This document shows, one piece after another, positions 38,809 to 53,162 of a DNA stretch of 64,000 nucleotides. The DNA is taken from the NCBI RefSeq assembly GCF_009914755.1, contig NC_060925.1, one strand, 5' to 3'. This DNA comes from the human T2T-CHM13v2.0 reference genome, Homo sapiens. The notes beneath the pieces were generated by a model. The model was not told where the DNA came from, ran no database searches, and saw only the letters and a list, made by a program, of their open reading frames with translations. Position numbers and translations under genes: made by a program. Each line of letters begins with the position of its first letter. Position 1 is the first letter of the stretch.

Positions 38809-40615
38809 CTAGCTCTGTTGATTTCATTGACTAGAAATATAAATTATGTTATTCTTTATAAAATATACACTCTGCAAAATGAAGACTATGCTTTAGAATA
38901 TTAGAAAATATTTCTTAAAAGTACAGTAGCCGAACCTGAAACAAATTTGATGGTTGAGTATAGAATGATTTTTTTTTCTCCTTTTTTTCCTGGGCTTGAG
39001 TCCATCAGCTTAGGAAGGAAATATAAATTAATGGAACCTAAGTTTAAATTTTAAATCCAAGGTTTTGAGACCTGTCCTGCTGAACTGTGGATCCATCGTG
39101 AATATGCTCTGTTTTGAAATAAATTTGTCCATAAATGATGGAGGAAGATTTCAGACCAAAAAACACTTTTTTCCTTGGCTACATCTGAGACTTGGATACC
39201 CACTCTTGATTTTTGCTGTTTGGTTTAGAAGGGACTGACAAGTTACACGTTGTTGATTTATCTTCCTTGGCTGACATTTTTTAACAAATGTCTCAGTGTT
39301 AGAGTTGGTGTTGTGCTTGATGTTTTCTCTTCTTACTCTTTAATATCACTTGTTAATTTACCTTATATCAGAAAAAGCATGCAACATATGTGTTAGTAAT
39401 GATGTCTACTGAGGGAAGATTGGCAGACTATCCTATGAATGGTATGTAGACTGCAAGTAGATCATTTTGTGTTTTATATTTTCACAAATGGGTGAAGGAT
39501 ATTGCTGTTTCAGGTTTACTCTCTAACATTGAGGGAAACTACAATAGGAATTCATTATGAATATTAACAAATATTTTCTGAATAAGATATCACAAAATGG
39601 TTCAGAAAGTTTCCATAATTTATCTAAGTGGCTTTATATCTTTCAAGAACAGAAAGTCGAATAGTGGGATCAGCATCAAGTTGTGGATATACTGATTTTT
39701 AAAAATTATTATCTTATTTCATATGGAGTAAATTTAGTTCATTGAAGCATACAGCATTCTAACAAAACAAGTACCAGGGAATTTTATTTCTAACAACAGT
39801 TTACCAATCTAATGGCCATATACCCTCTCCTGACTTTAGCCAGGCACCTTACAAAATACTGCTGTTGTTCACACGGGAGACAAGGAGATGAGTATGACTG
39901 GATCAGCAGAAATGTATTCCTACTTTTGGAAAAATAATGAAAAGCACACACACTGGCTCTGAATCAGTAATATCTTTATTTGCAAACAATAATCTTCTTT
40001 TACTAATTATGTATAAACCTTTGTTTTCTTCTTTAATTTTTACAAGTGATTACAAGTAAACTGATATAGCAGGGAAATCATATATTTCAGTGCCTCAAAA
40101 CCTGTTAATATTGATTTATCCATTAGTTATCATTGAATACTTACTATAGTTGTAGATTGTGCCATGGGAAAAATAGAGAAAATGTAAGGTATGATCCTAA
40201 TTTCTTAAAGACCTGACAGTAAGAAATGGAAGTATCCATTCATATATTTAATTTCAGTGATGTTAGAAATTCCATATTCTTTGAAGCTAAGTAAGTGGTA
40301 TAGATAATAAGTACAAATAAGAAACTGGAGGAAGGAGATTCCTCCAAGAACTAATAGCAAGAAATAAAATTTCGTGAAGGAGATGGGAGCTAAGGTGCAC
40401 TTTTGGTAAACATTTTATTATAACAAATTTCACACGATCAAATGTTGAAAGAATTTTACATTGAATATTAGTATGCTCTCTACCACACTGTTGACATTTT
40501 ACTATACTTGCTTTATCACATATTTGATATATTTTAATGATAGGTAGAAATTGGACAGGTCCAGCTAAAAGGATGAAAGTTTGCTCAAGAGTGGGAAAAG
40601 TTAGAAGGTAGATTT

Positions 40616-41450
40616 TGTGGTAGACATGCTCCAGTGGTCTCTATACACATTCTTTATAATCCCCTCTCATGTTGTTTCAGGATTGGTCTGTGTAACTGTG
40701 GTAGGCTAAGTAATCCCTCCAACCCTCCCAAGGGTGTCCATATTTGAATCCGTAGAACCTGTAAATATGTTATCTTATATGGCAGAAGTGACTTTGCACA
40801 CGTGATTTGTGAATAAGTTAAGGATTTTGAGATGGAGAGATTATTTTGGATTATCTAGGTAAACCCAGTGTAATCATAGGGTCTGTTTAAGGGGGAGGCA
40901 GTAGATTCAGAGTTGAAGAGAAGATATAGGGTGGAAGCAGAAGTCAGAGAGGAGAGAAGATACAATTTTTCTGGCTTTGAAAGTAAAGAAGCTATGAACT
41001 AAGGAATGTAGGTAGCTTCTAGAAGCCAGAAAAGGAAGGAAACATTTTCCCCTAGAGCTGGTCATAGGAATGCAGCTCTGCTGACCCATTTTAGACTTAT
41101 GATCTCCAGAACTGTAAGGTGATAAATTTGCATTGCATTAAGCCACCAAGTTTGTGTTAATTTGTTACTGCAGCAATAGGAAACTAGTGCCGTGACCAAC
41201 AGAATATGGCAGGAATTAGGGCCTGTAAATAGCCAGGTTAGTGAGCTTGGATGTTTCCCTGGTCAGATCTTCAGATGATTACAGTTCCAGTCAGGAGCTT
41301 GACTGCAATCTCTGGGAGTCCCTGAGCTAGAATCACCTAGCTAAGCCAGTTACAGATTCCTGACCCACAGAAATGTAAGATAATCAATGTTTACTGTTTT
41401 AAACATCTTAGTTTGGGGGCAATTTGTTATGCAGCAAAAGATAACTAATT
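40616..41450 (+). mobile_element. MLT1F-like solo LTR (ERVL-MaLR) interrupted by MLT1D
   Basis: TGTGGTAGAC start; ttggtctgtgtaac|caacagaatatggcag resumes after the insert; ends aatttgttatgcagcaaaagataactaat. Confidence 0.7.
40697..41191 (+). mobile_element. MLT1D solo LTR
   Basis: TGTGGTAGGC...gaacctgtaaatatgttatcttatatggc...gcagcaataggaaactagtgcc; 5-bp TSD GTAAC/GTGAC. Confidence 0.85.
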
Positions 41451-41883
41451 AGTACAGAGTGAAAAGGTAGGTTGAGAGGGATTGTGTACAGTTTTGAATG
41501 CTAGACTCATTGCCTTCTCAGTGGGGAACCCCAGAAAGTTTTTAATCTGTGAAGTGACCAACTCAAAATAATAGCAAGATTGATCTATTTGGATATATTA
41601 TAGAAAAGAGGTTGGAGGGAGGAAAAATAGATGTAGTAAATTTAGATAATAATATTAGATATTGTAACGAAAGCCTGCTCTAGGGCTATGAATATAGGAA
41701 GGGAAAGGAAAGAACATAGATCAAACTACAAAGAAACTCAGTAGGACTTGGTGACTGAAGGTGCTTAACGCAAAGGGAAACTGAGGAATTGGCGATGGTG
41801 TGTTTTGAGTTTGAGAGAACAATGATATAATTCTGAAAATGTATTTTTTTCCAGTAAGAGCCAGTTTTTCAAAGTTTCTTTTG

Positions 41884-42233
41884 CAGTAGTCCTCTCTTAT
41901 CCATGGTTTTGCTTTTGCAGTTTCAGTTACCTGTGGTCAACTGTGGTCCGAAAATAGGTGAGTGTTGTACAAGAATAGAGAGAGAGAGAGAGAGACACCA
42001 CATTCATGTAACTTGTATTATAGTATATTGTTATTATTGTTCTATTTTATTATTAATTATTGTTATCAATCTCTTACAGTGCCTAATTTATAAATTCGAC
42101 TTTATCATAGCTATGTATGTATGGGAAAAAAGACATGGTATATTTAGGGTTTGTTACAATTCAAGGTTTTGGACATCCACTGTGGATCTTGGAATGTATC
42201 CCCTACACATAAGGGGAAGTGGGGGCGCTACTG
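41884..42233 (+). mobile_element. MER44A (TcMar-Tigger MITE)
   Basis: CAGTAGTCCTCTCTTATCC...GCTACTG|TA termini; internal ggtccgaaaataggtgagt...gagagagacaccacattca. Confidence 0.88.
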
Positions 42234-42633
42234 TACTTTCTAAAACCAAGTTGGATAATTGAAAATGTTGAGAAAGAAGTTTAGGATAAAGGACTTCATT
42301 ACCTGCCTTGTGGGGGCTTAGAAATGTAAGATAACTAAGAGACAAAATTACGGGATGAGAGTAAGAGTTAGGGATGAGACAATAGGAGTAAGGGAAGTAA
42401 TGTTAAAAGATACCTAACTGTGTGTTATAAAGCACTTTGGCTCTGAGTGGACTTATAGCCAACCCAGGGGAAATGCTAACAGTGATGTGGTTTTGGTATC
42501 CATAAGACAAACAGAATCTGAGAGAAATGTCTCCATTGGATCTTCCTAAAGGTCATGCACATCCTCAGTATTATCCTGTGGTAAATACTATATTTTATAG
42601 GGTTTTTTTCCCTTAATGTGCCCAATGAATATA

Positions 42634-42977
42634 CAGTCATACATTGCTTAACGATATAATTATATTCTAAAAGTTGTGTTATCAGGCGCTTTCTTTGTTG
42701 TCCAAACATCATAGAGTGTTCTTACACAAAGCTAGATGGTCTAGCCCACTACATGCCTAGGCTGTTTGTTTTGTTCCTAGATTACAAACCTGTAAAGCCT
42801 GTTTCTGTACTGGATACTGTAGGCAATTGTAACACTGTGCTAAGTATTAGTGTATCTAAACATATCTAAACAGAGGAAAAGCTACAGTAATAATACTGTC
42901 ATATAATCTTATGAGACCACTGTCATTGAAGGTGTGGTCTCTTCTCAACTAAAATGTGGTTATGTGGCATATGGCTG
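42634..42977 (+). mobile_element. Tigger3a (MER7A-like) MITE
   Basis: TA|CAGTCATACATTGCTTAACG...ATATGGCTG|TA; homologous to the ends of the 24506 element. Confidence 0.85.
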
Positions 42978-44464
42978 TAATAAGAAGAAGAAAAAAATCC
43001 AATTCCAATCCATCCAACACACTGGTGTTAAAAAATAAACTTAAATCTTAAGAAAGTGTCCAGAGATTGATTTTTCCATTGAGAGTAATTTATTCATTTA
43101 TTTAAAAATATTTATTGAGTATTTATTATGTACTTGAGTCTGTATAATTCTGAGAGTACAGTAGTAAATTTTTTACATATATGAAGTGAAGATGACTGGA
43201 GAGGGGAGTAGGAGGTTGATGTGTAAGTCAGAGAATCCACAAGTAAGGAAGGGATAGGAATGAACATAGATGAAGCAGTTAAAAGAAGCAAGGTAGTAAG
43301 ATAGTGCATGCCGTGATGATGAAGAGAGGGAGAGAGACAGAGAGAAAGGGTGTGCAAGAGATACAGCAAGAGAGCAAAACAGAGAGAGAAAGAGAGACAG
43401 AGAATGGACCCTGGTTTACTTCAACTTCAAGCTGATGTTACAGAGATATCAATGAAAGGAAGAAAGAGTAAGTCACTGGGTTTGATTATTAGTTGATCAT
43501 CAGTGATCTTTAGGATTTCATTGTCAATACAATGGTAAAGACAGAAGCTAGATTGCAGGGGGTTAAGGGGTCACCTTATGGAGATGAAATAGAATAAGTC
43601 TTATTCCAGCTCCATGGGCATGTCTCTATCGCTTTATGTCTCAGTCCATAAAATAGAGCAAAAATGGTGATCCTCCTCTAGTCTAAAATATAAGGAATGC
43701 TTTGAACTGCTGGGTGAGCTAATACTCTAAAGCCAGGGCGGTGATAGTAGTTATCTGTGTGTACTTTGAATGAAACTGGACTTAGAATGCTGAGCTAGTT
43801 GTTTTGTGGAGCCTACTTTCAGAATGTCACCTCTAATTTTGCATTCATGAAAAGCATTCTCCTGCCTGGACTAGAATCCAAAAATTTTTTGTTTATTATT
43901 AGTGGTGACTGATTGTCATTTGTGGACTGTGATCTACATGTAATGAAGTGGAATTTGGCCACTGGTTGTGTTGCAAAGCTTTTCTGAGTAGTGTTATTGC
44001 ATCTTAGTTTTGACAAAGTTTGTTACTCCCACTAGTATTTAACTGGTATTAAATTCAAGATTATATTTTCATAATGTTGTTTGGAAACCAAAAGAAAATA
44101 ATTGGTATGAACGTGCGTTGAAAAGTTAAAGGATTATATAAGTATTAATTATAATTATCATTAAAGTGATTTAATAGAAGTATTATTCTACTAAAATAAA
44201 ATAAGAACTGCTAAATTCAAGATGTCATTGAGAAGAGGGGAGAAGTTTTTTTTGCTATGGTTTATTTCAGCTTCTGTATAACTTACATGGACTTTCTAAG
44301 AAAAATGTATACAGGCAATATTTATAAATATGTGTGTATATTTTAATGATGCTATGCCGGATCATTTCTGCTTGGATTATTTGTGGCCTTATTTAATTCT
44401 GGACTTATTTTCCAGCATAGTTTTGGGAATACAGATTCAATAATTTTTAGATATAACCAATAAG

Positions 44465-44640
44465 TACTGGGTGACTACTCTGTAAAAGCACTTCTTCATA
44501 TCTCACATTTTAATCTTCACAATAGCTTCATCAGAGCAGGTGTTATTACTTTTTTATGTATTAAAAAACTAAGGCTCTGAGAGGTTAATTAGATTTTCGC
44601 CCATGGCGTACATAGCAGGGATTAGACGACTAGAACCCTA
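44465..44640 (-). mobile_element. MIR fragment
   Basis: tttaatcttcacaatagc...aaactaaggctctgagaggttaa. Confidence 0.6.
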
Positions 44641-47600
44641 CCATTAGTAGATAATAAGCTCAGGTGGTGAAAATCAATTAGCTTCAATAAAGCCTAATTG
44701 TATCTGTAAATATGTTACAAATATCATACCGTGTCTCTGAGTTCTGAGTCAAATTTGCAGTGTTTTTGAAGCAGCATTGCCTTCTGTTACCTGGCTGCTC
44801 TTGTGTAGTTTAGCATGAATGCATGGCAGTTTGCCCTGTAGGAACAAATCTAGTCTATGTGGATATACTATCATGATTCAGTTAGGTCTCAAGATCAGTA
44901 AATTAATTTATGTAAAGAATAAGATACTATGTATTTCGGTTTTTCAATACAGAACCATGAGTAGGAGAGTTTGTATGTTTACTGCATGCTAACCAACACT
45001 TGTTTGTTCTTTATGGTTTACCAATTTCACTCGTTAGATCCTGACTTTTACCCTGTATCGTAGATAGGGCTGAGATTATGCACCTCATTTTACTCACAAG
45101 GAAACTAAAGCCAAAGAACAGTGTGTGATTTTCTCAGTAGCCTTCAAATATATTGGCCTAGAAAATATTCTGATAGATAAATAGTCTAAGGACAAGTGGA
45201 TTCATTGTAATATCTGCAATGCATTTTATTTCTTATATAATTAAGAGCTTACTGCTAGAATACAGTGTGATTTAGGTAAAACTTCTCAACATATAGCATA
45301 CTTGAGGGAAAACAGAAGATCATAAAAAGTTTCCTTCTTTTATTGCAGGAATAGCATATGATTTATTTGAAGCCTAATTATTTTCCAGAGGAATGCTCTA
45401 CATGTTTCCAATAGCTGTTTTGTGTTTCTGTAGAGGGTTAGAGGAGAAGCTGCCAGTTTCCTCCCAATACTGATGTTGCAAATCTCAGAACTTTAATCTG
45501 GAACACTCTCCTCTGTTATGTATATGCATGAAAATTTGCCCTACCTATTACCTTACTTTGGCATGTGGCATTTACTTGTGAAAAATGTCACAATATCTAA
45601 TAGTTTATTTCCTACTCATGGATATAAGGCAAAATAACATTAAACAAGAATAAATATCTGTTTACCAACATTTAAATGATAGTTCTTTTGTTGTCAACTG
45701 GCAAGTACGGAGCACTTACCAAGTGCCGCCACTCCGCTGGGCTCTGGGGAACACAGCTCTTCCTTAGCTGAGCTCATAATCTGGACTGTGAGGCCTACAC
45801 ATCAGGGCAGAAAGCTTCTAGTTTCACTTTTCATATAGTAATTTTAAAAGCATAAGAGGCTTTGCAAAACATCTTTTAAAATAAAGATGCTTCTCCACCA
45901 TCTCTAAGATAAGTTGGTTCTTTTTGGCAAAGGTGATTTTAATTGTTAGTACATTTCCAAGACAAGAAATGCAATCTGTTGACACGCCCTTCAAAATAAT
46001 CAGATGAAAACAAGGAACACAAATATGTCCAGCCCTGAACTCTTCATTTTTCCTCTTGATGAATCCTTTCTTATGCTTTAAAACACTTGAGTTTACACAC
46101 GCACACACACACACACATATTTCTGGTAGGCGTGGAGATATATATCTATATATATCTTGCTATTAGGGCAATTCCCTGAAAGATTACACTACCTTCTTTA
46201 TGCATAACGTCAATGCCTGATATTAAACAGAAACGAACTATGTGACTATGCTTTCCTTTTTAAATATGTGAACGTATTTCTCTACAGAGTTGTTTTGTAG
46301 CCGTATTGCTACTAAACTGGTGCCCAGCTCCAGGCCTGCAGACTGCTGACACACAATTAATCTCACAAATTTATGAATGCCAAAGCATGGAGCAAAATGA
46401 AAACAACTGGGGGAATGTTTAAGGGAAATAATTGGACTGTATCCAGATGTGCATGTGTAAAACATCACCACTTAACTCCTCCCCCATATCCTGTCTGAAG
46501 ACAGGGTTTTTTTTTTTTTTTTCGAAAATAAACTGGGGTTATTTGAAAGAAGTTGTGGTCTCTGACTAAAACTGAATAAGCAAGGCCAGGCTGGCCATAA
46601 TTCTGTGTGTTCTTGTATTTTTGTTTCTTAATTAACTCATTAGGTGCTGATGAATCAATCTGCCTCATGTCTGTTTTTGGTGGGTGTTGCCACAACTTTA
46701 TGAACTCTATTTAAAGATAATATGTAAGGGGTTTCAAGACTGATAGTCGATTTCTTTGAGTTTTTGGTTATAACGAACTGGAACTTTTTACTATTAGAAA
46801 TAGGCAACATTATTGTAGTGTGAAGGTCATCAAGCTGGGACGTGAAGTCTGGTCAAGAGGAAAAAAATGTGACAACATTTTATAGTTTTTTTTTTTTTAA
46901 CAGTCTGTCCAAGATCAGTTAGGGGAAACAAACAAACAAAAAAACGATTTCTCTAAGATGCTTAACTCACTAGATAAAGCATAAAAATGGAGATAATAAT
47001 GTTGAGTTTGTGTGCATGAAATTAATTTAGGATCTGGCATCACTGGGATATGAGAAGCTAGAGGACAGGGTGCTCTGAAGAAATATTTTGCAGGTTGATG
47101 TCTAACCATCATTACATACCTTAAATGGTACTAGAGATGAAGTAATAAAACACACTTTTTCCCTCAAATGCAAATATTTCCTCAAAAACAAGATAACCAA
47201 GTCCAGCAATAAATCCAACTCATTTCAATAAAATTTTCTCCACAGACTTGCTTTTCTCCTACTCTGTTTAAGGACAAAAATAAAGATGAAATGAATTGCA
47301 ATGAACCTGCTCAGAGGTACTCACTAAAGTGGAGCATAGAGAGGCCTTCTGCTCTGCATGCCCCTCCCTCTATCTGCATAGTCCTCAGAGACTGCCTGAA
47401 AATTCAAATTCTGGGCCTCATTAGGCACAGAGTCCTAAGATTGTGTTTCTGTTTTTATTCAAAGAGAGAAAACAAAAGTAGAAAAAGTTGAATACCCAAT
47501 CTTTTATACCATTGCAGGAAGGCTTAAGGACCCCAATCGTCAGTTTTCCTGCAATTGGTGACTTCAATATGAGAATAGTATCAGCACTTTATTTTGAGAG

Positions 47601-48298
47601 TAAGTATTGATAATGTAGTATCATTCCAATTGTGCAGGTAATTATTTAAAGTCCAATTTTAATAATCATGACAACTGAGTATAGTTTCTATCAAAAAAAA
47701 TTTCTTAGTTCCTTTACCAAGAACTGGTAAAAAGGCAACTTTTTAACTAAAGGGAGCTAGGTACGGAAAGGCACTGTCCTGTCCCAGACGCCAAAAGTTT
47801 AGTGGGAAGTGATGGCCATAGAGAGGGAAAGGGGATGAGAAGATCACTGGTTTCAGTATTAATACAGATATGCACATACAGCACCATCTCTAGATCATGC
47901 CTGTTATTCTCCATATCGTCTCCACATACTACCCAATAGAGATATATTTTATTTAGCCAGTTTTGGTTTCAAACACAAATAATTTCTGGGAAAGTTCAAT
48001 ATATTGGTTTCACACACTTTATGGATATAATATCATGATGTTGAAAATATTCTATATTATACAAAGTTTTTTTAACACAAATTAAATTTTGATGTCATAA
48101 GTGAAGACTTGGCAAATAAATACTAAGAATTATCTGTGTACCAGTATAAGGAAAATACAGTGATTCTGGGTTTCAAAACCCAAATACACTGAAACATTGT
48201 GGAGTTTTTAAAGTAAGGAATGTGCTTGGTCTGGCAGATGATAAAACATGTTAGTTGCTTAAAATTATTGCCAATTATTTTGGTAAATACATTCAAAC

Positions 48299-48600
48299 TT
48301 TTTTAAATTTTTTTATTTTTTGTGATAGGGTCTCACCCTGTCACCCAGGCTGGAGTGCAGTGATGCAATCATGGCTTACTGCAGCCTCCACCTCCTGGGC
48401 CCAAGCAATGCTCCCACCTCAGCCTCCTGAGTAGCTAGGACTACAGGGTTGCACCACCATGCCCAGCTAATTTTTTTTTTTTTTTTTTTTTGTAGAAACA
48501 GGGTTTCACCAGGCTGATTTTGAACTCCTGGGCTCAAGTGTTCCTTCTGCCTTAGCCTCCCAAAGTGCTGGGATTACAGGCATGAGCCAATACACCTGGC
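48299..48600 (-). mobile_element. AluJ SINE
   Basis: Dimeric antisense Alu with gggtctcaccctgtcacccaggctggagtgcagtgatgcaatcatggct; TSD TTCAAA[C/G]TTTT. Confidence 0.95.
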
Positions 48601-51600
48601 TTCAAAGTTTTTTTTTTTTTCTAGAGAATCAGCAGTGTAATAGAAATTAATATTCTAGTACTCAAAACAACAGCAATCATAACAATAATAGCAAAATCTA
48701 TGTTCTTGGCTCAGTTGCACTCAAGTAATAGCTTGACCTTGGATTAGTTGCTTTATCTCAATTTTATTTCTGCAAAGGAGCGTGAGGATCCCTATCCTGC
48801 TCACCTCACAAGTTGTGAAGTTCATTAGGTTTATTGTTGCAATGTTTTCTAAATCTTCTCATTAAATGATGTTAAAACCTACTAAGAACTCAAACAATCC
48901 CAGACACACTGATGGAGAATTTAGATATGTAGTCTGAATATAGCATCAGACAACCTGAACTGTTAAACAAGCAAAGAAAATTATCACAAAATAAACATGG
49001 AAAATATCATTACATTGACCACCATTTAAATTGCACAGTTCTTGTAAGACATACCCACTACATAAAATAAAACCCATCTGCAGAGACACAGCAGTTTTTC
49101 TGCAGTTGGGAGTTGGTGATTGAAAAGTAGGAATTTGAAATTAATTTTTTTTAGAAATTGAGAAATTTTATCCTCCCTTCTAAACAATGACCCTCAACAC
49201 AGTAATGAGCAGCACAATCTGGAGGGTATGGTAATATCCCAGAATATGTCCCCAGGCTAGGTGCTCAGGGCCTAACTTGCCTTTTTAAGAAATTCATTGT
49301 TTCTGTTGAATGTTGCTCTCTTCATATTGTCTACTTTAAAAGACAAATACTTCTGGGATGTGTAAGCCCAGGAATGGGAAAGGAGGAAAAATCATCTTAG
49401 AGTTTATTAAGTACGGAATCTGACCCATGGACTTGATATGTGCATTCTCATTGCAGACTTGGGTTTGGGGTTTTACAAATGTAGAATCCAAATATTAGAG
49501 AAGTTCATCGCTTTCCTGTCACCCTCTTAAGGGAATGAACTGTGTAGCTGAGATTTGATCCCCTAGTTGGTCTGCCAGCAAGCCCATGTTCTTTCTTTTG
49601 CACACCCTATACCATATAATAAATTAATTCATGAGATGCTGTCTTTGTAACAGCTGAGAATTGGAACACTAAGAGAGCATCGAACATCTGGAATAGAAGT
49701 AAAGTGATTTGGAAAAAAAAAGGGAGGCTGGAAACTTAGTCAACACATAGGGGCAGCTCCTCTCACTCAGTGTTCATGCTGGGTCCTGAAGATAAGTAGG
49801 TTTTGCTCTTTGCCTCAGTGGTCTTTGACGGACTCTGGGTACTAAAGCTAAGATGGAATTGAGGGAAGCTCCTAATGCCTCCTTTATTTGCATCGGCAGT
49901 GAGATTGAAAGAGGCCCCTTCAGTGTGTGAATACCTGAAATTAAAGACTAGAAATATGCATTTAGACTGTTTACTTTAGGTTTCCTGTTTACATTTGTTC
50001 CAATTTTATTCTCTCACTGGGGAGTAGAATTGGAATGCAGAGAAAAAGGGGTGAGCACAAGACAAAGGGAAGTGAAACTCAATTTTGAAAGCAGAACCAT
50101 TTTTACATTTAAGTTGAACTGTGGTTTTAAAACATTTAGCTCTCTATTGGAAACCATTGTGGGTGTGGTGCATTTGTAACAGAGCTTCACCTAATTCATT
50201 CTATATGCTTGGCAGAGGAAAGGCTGAAATCAGAGCCAAATTCCAAAGAGCCTCTGAGGGAAGCAAGGTCACACTCTATTCAGAATTATATAGCAACCTG
50301 GCCTAAACAGAAGATTTTTAATGTGTTTGTGCACTTAGGAATCATTTTTCTAGACTTTGGTAATTGTTTATCCATTTTGTGAAGTTCTATTGTAAATGTA
50401 TTGCAAACACTGCTTCATAGCTAGATAAGAACAACTGCTGAATAATCTAAGTCAACTAAGTTTATTTCATAGCTGGTTTTGAAACTGGGAATAAAATAAT
50501 ATAGAAGGGTTTATTGATTAGTTCCACTGTCATAATAAGCCTGGAGAAATGTCTTAGGAGCCACATTTTGACTTTTTTGTCTGACGAATTTGGCCCATCC
50601 TCAAATAAAAATTGTTTTTTAATTCCAAGCAGTCATATTATGAACAGTTGTTATATTTTACATTGTTTTATAATTGGTCTCCTGCATGATAAAACTCATT
50701 TGCAAGGCAGAAAGGCAAAAATGTGAGAAGCAAGAAACCAATTTATTGTTAATCAATAATTACAATAAAAATGGGAACAAGGAGAAATGTGATTTTAACT
50801 CACTTCCTGGGAAGACATTCCAGAGTTTGGGGGATGACAGAACATCTTTTGGGTGCTTAGGGACCAAAAGGGAGTGAGGACTTCAGACTTTGAAGTTATT
50901 TTTGCTTACGACCAACCAACTTTACCTCAAAGTGCAGAGTGCTTAAAAGTTAATTTAAACGTCGGTTACAAATTCCAAGAAATGTGGAGATATAACCCAG
51001 AAAGGCAACATGACCTAGAGAGCTGAACAAGGGTTTGGGAATGTGGACTTGGTTGTTAACCCTGTGTCAGTTGCTGTTTTTTTTTTTAACTTTGTAATGA
51101 TGAAATGCAGTTTCCATTCTCCTGACCACCTTAAGGTAGTACCAATCGTGGGTAAAATAATATAGAAGAGATATAATATAAAAGGGGAAATAATTTAGAA
51201 GGACAATGCTGTCCCCCCCTTTTGAAGATGACATGGATTTAGAGCAAAGTTTTGGTTATTTTTGAGAGGTCCAGAATCCAGGCATCTGCCTCTTTTGATA
51301 CAAAAGCTGCTACTTCTTGCTTCTTCAAGGGACTTCTCACCCTCTATTGATGGTCAGCCCCCTCTCACTGAAGGAATCAGAATCAATTGGTGATAGAAAG
51401 TTTTGAGAGCATCATTTGCCAGCCTGGAAGTATTTTTCATCTCTACCAGTTGTTCTTTAACTTTTTGAAGTTCTGTAAACATTTAAGAACATCGTAGGAG
51501 TTATAGATGTTTTCCTTAGGCTATTGCACACATTCACAGATTGATTTCTGAAGACTCCCCCATCTTGAAGATTGTTCATGGATCATGGGTTGTGAACCCT

Positions 51601-53000
51601 AGCTATGGAGGGTTTGTGTCTCTAAGCTCTGAAAACCTCACCATCCAGGTTGTCCTCTCTGAGAAGCTACTCTCCATGGCCGAGTCACCTTAATGTTGAA
51701 AGGAAATATCTTTGCACATGATTTGTTCTCTTCTTATTCTGCCTGCCTCTTAAGTGTCAGAAGACCTCCCTGGAGGGAACCTCACAACTTTATGTCATTA
51801 CTTTTTCCAAGGCTCACTTGTAGGTTTGGGAAGGTTTTCTTTTCTCCCTCTTTTCTTTGCATGAGAGTCTGTCCCATCTGCCTTTTCCCACCAGCAGTCC
51901 AGAGTGATCACTCTCAGATTTTTCACACCACTTACGCTTTGTATCAGCAATATGATATTCATTTTTCTCTCTTTTGGTTTATTTGTAAATTAATTTTTAC
52001 TATAAAATATTTTAATACATATATAAATGGAGAATAGAAATAACACCCATTTTAATACAATCTTAGCATTATAATATACTTGCATCAGATTCTTTAGAAT
52101 GGTAATTACAGTTACACAGTGAAGATCTTCACTGCCTCTGCCCTGAGCCCTTCTTTTCTTCCCTCCCTGGTAGTAAGTGCTGTTCTTTCCAAACGTGGTT
52201 CATCCTTTACTTTTAAAAATTATTCTTCTGGGTATAGACCTGATCTATTCAATGAGACTATATTTTCTTGAGAATGGATAGTAGCCTTATTTTTGTTTTT
52301 GTTTGTCTTCAGTGCTCAGGGGTCCTTAATATGTGACAGCAGATGCATGGAGGTGGGGTTGCGTGGCACTTGTGCCTCCTCATTTTAAGGTTCTTCTCCA
52401 TCTTGTCCCTCAAAGATGGTTTGCATTGTTACAAATGTTGAGAAAATCACTTTTTCTCCTTTCCTATTTTTCTTCTTTCTACAGAAGAAAATTCAGATCA
52501 TATGAGATTTCATGTTTCTCTGAATATCCTGTTGCTCTTCACTTCTCCTGTTTCCTTATATCAGGAATGATTCTTTGTCCTGGTTTCTCAGTTCCTTTAT
52601 TTGCAGCTTTAGAGAAATAATCTTGCTTTAGGTCACCTTTAACTTTATTCAAATAGTATAAAGTAAGCAATGAAAAGGTAAAGACAATTAATATAAACCC
52701 CAAACCCACTATATATGTCTACTAAGAACAAAACTCAATAAAAAATATGCCTTGAATTCCAAAAGTATGTGTGTGTATGTATGTAATATGTGATTAAACT
52801 GACAAATTTATTTGCTTTCCAGAAATTTTGTTTCTTTATTTTGTGTATTTATACACTTTGAAAATCCATCAATTTGTCTTGGCAATTCTGATATTACTCC
52901 TATTTCACAAGTAATGAAACTGAGGCCAGGATGGCTAAATGACATCTCAGGTAGCAGAACTATTAGGAGTTAGACTAACGTCTCCAGATTTCTTTTCCTT

Positions 53001-53070
53001 AGGCTCAGGTGGTTTTCCTGCTTCAGCCTCCTGAGTAGCTGGGAATCCAGGTTTGCACCACCTTGCCTGG
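53001..53070 (-). mobile_element. Alu monomer fragment
   Basis: cctgcttcagcctcctgagtagctgggaatccaggtttgcaccaccttgcctgg. Confidence 0.75.
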
Positions 53071-53088
53071 ATTTTCAACAAATGGGAC

Positions 53089-53162
53089 TGGCTCTCTAAC
53101 CAGGAATTGAACCTGGGCTGTCATGACGAAAGCACCAAATCCTAACCACTAGACCACAGGGT
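53089..53162 (-). pseudogene. tRNA-Glu(TTC)-derived pseudogene ending in encoded CCA
   Basis: Minus strand reads ACCCTGTGGTCTAGTGGTTAGGATTTGGTGCT-TTC-GTCATGACAGCCCAGGTTCAATTCCTGGTTAGAGAG-CCA. A-box and B-box are present and the anticodon is at 53128-53130. Differences from tRNA-Glu are mostly CpG decay and disrupt the acceptor and anticodon stems. Confidence 0.9.

Noticed and set aside
51280-51700. Possible antisense L3/CR1 fragment
   Set aside because: Resemblance limited to one short motif; too weak to call without an alignment
53089-53162. Functional tRNA-Glu gene
   Set aside because: Acceptor and anticodon stems are disrupted, there is a 1-nt deletion and CpG decay, and no adjacent terminator; called a pseudogene instead
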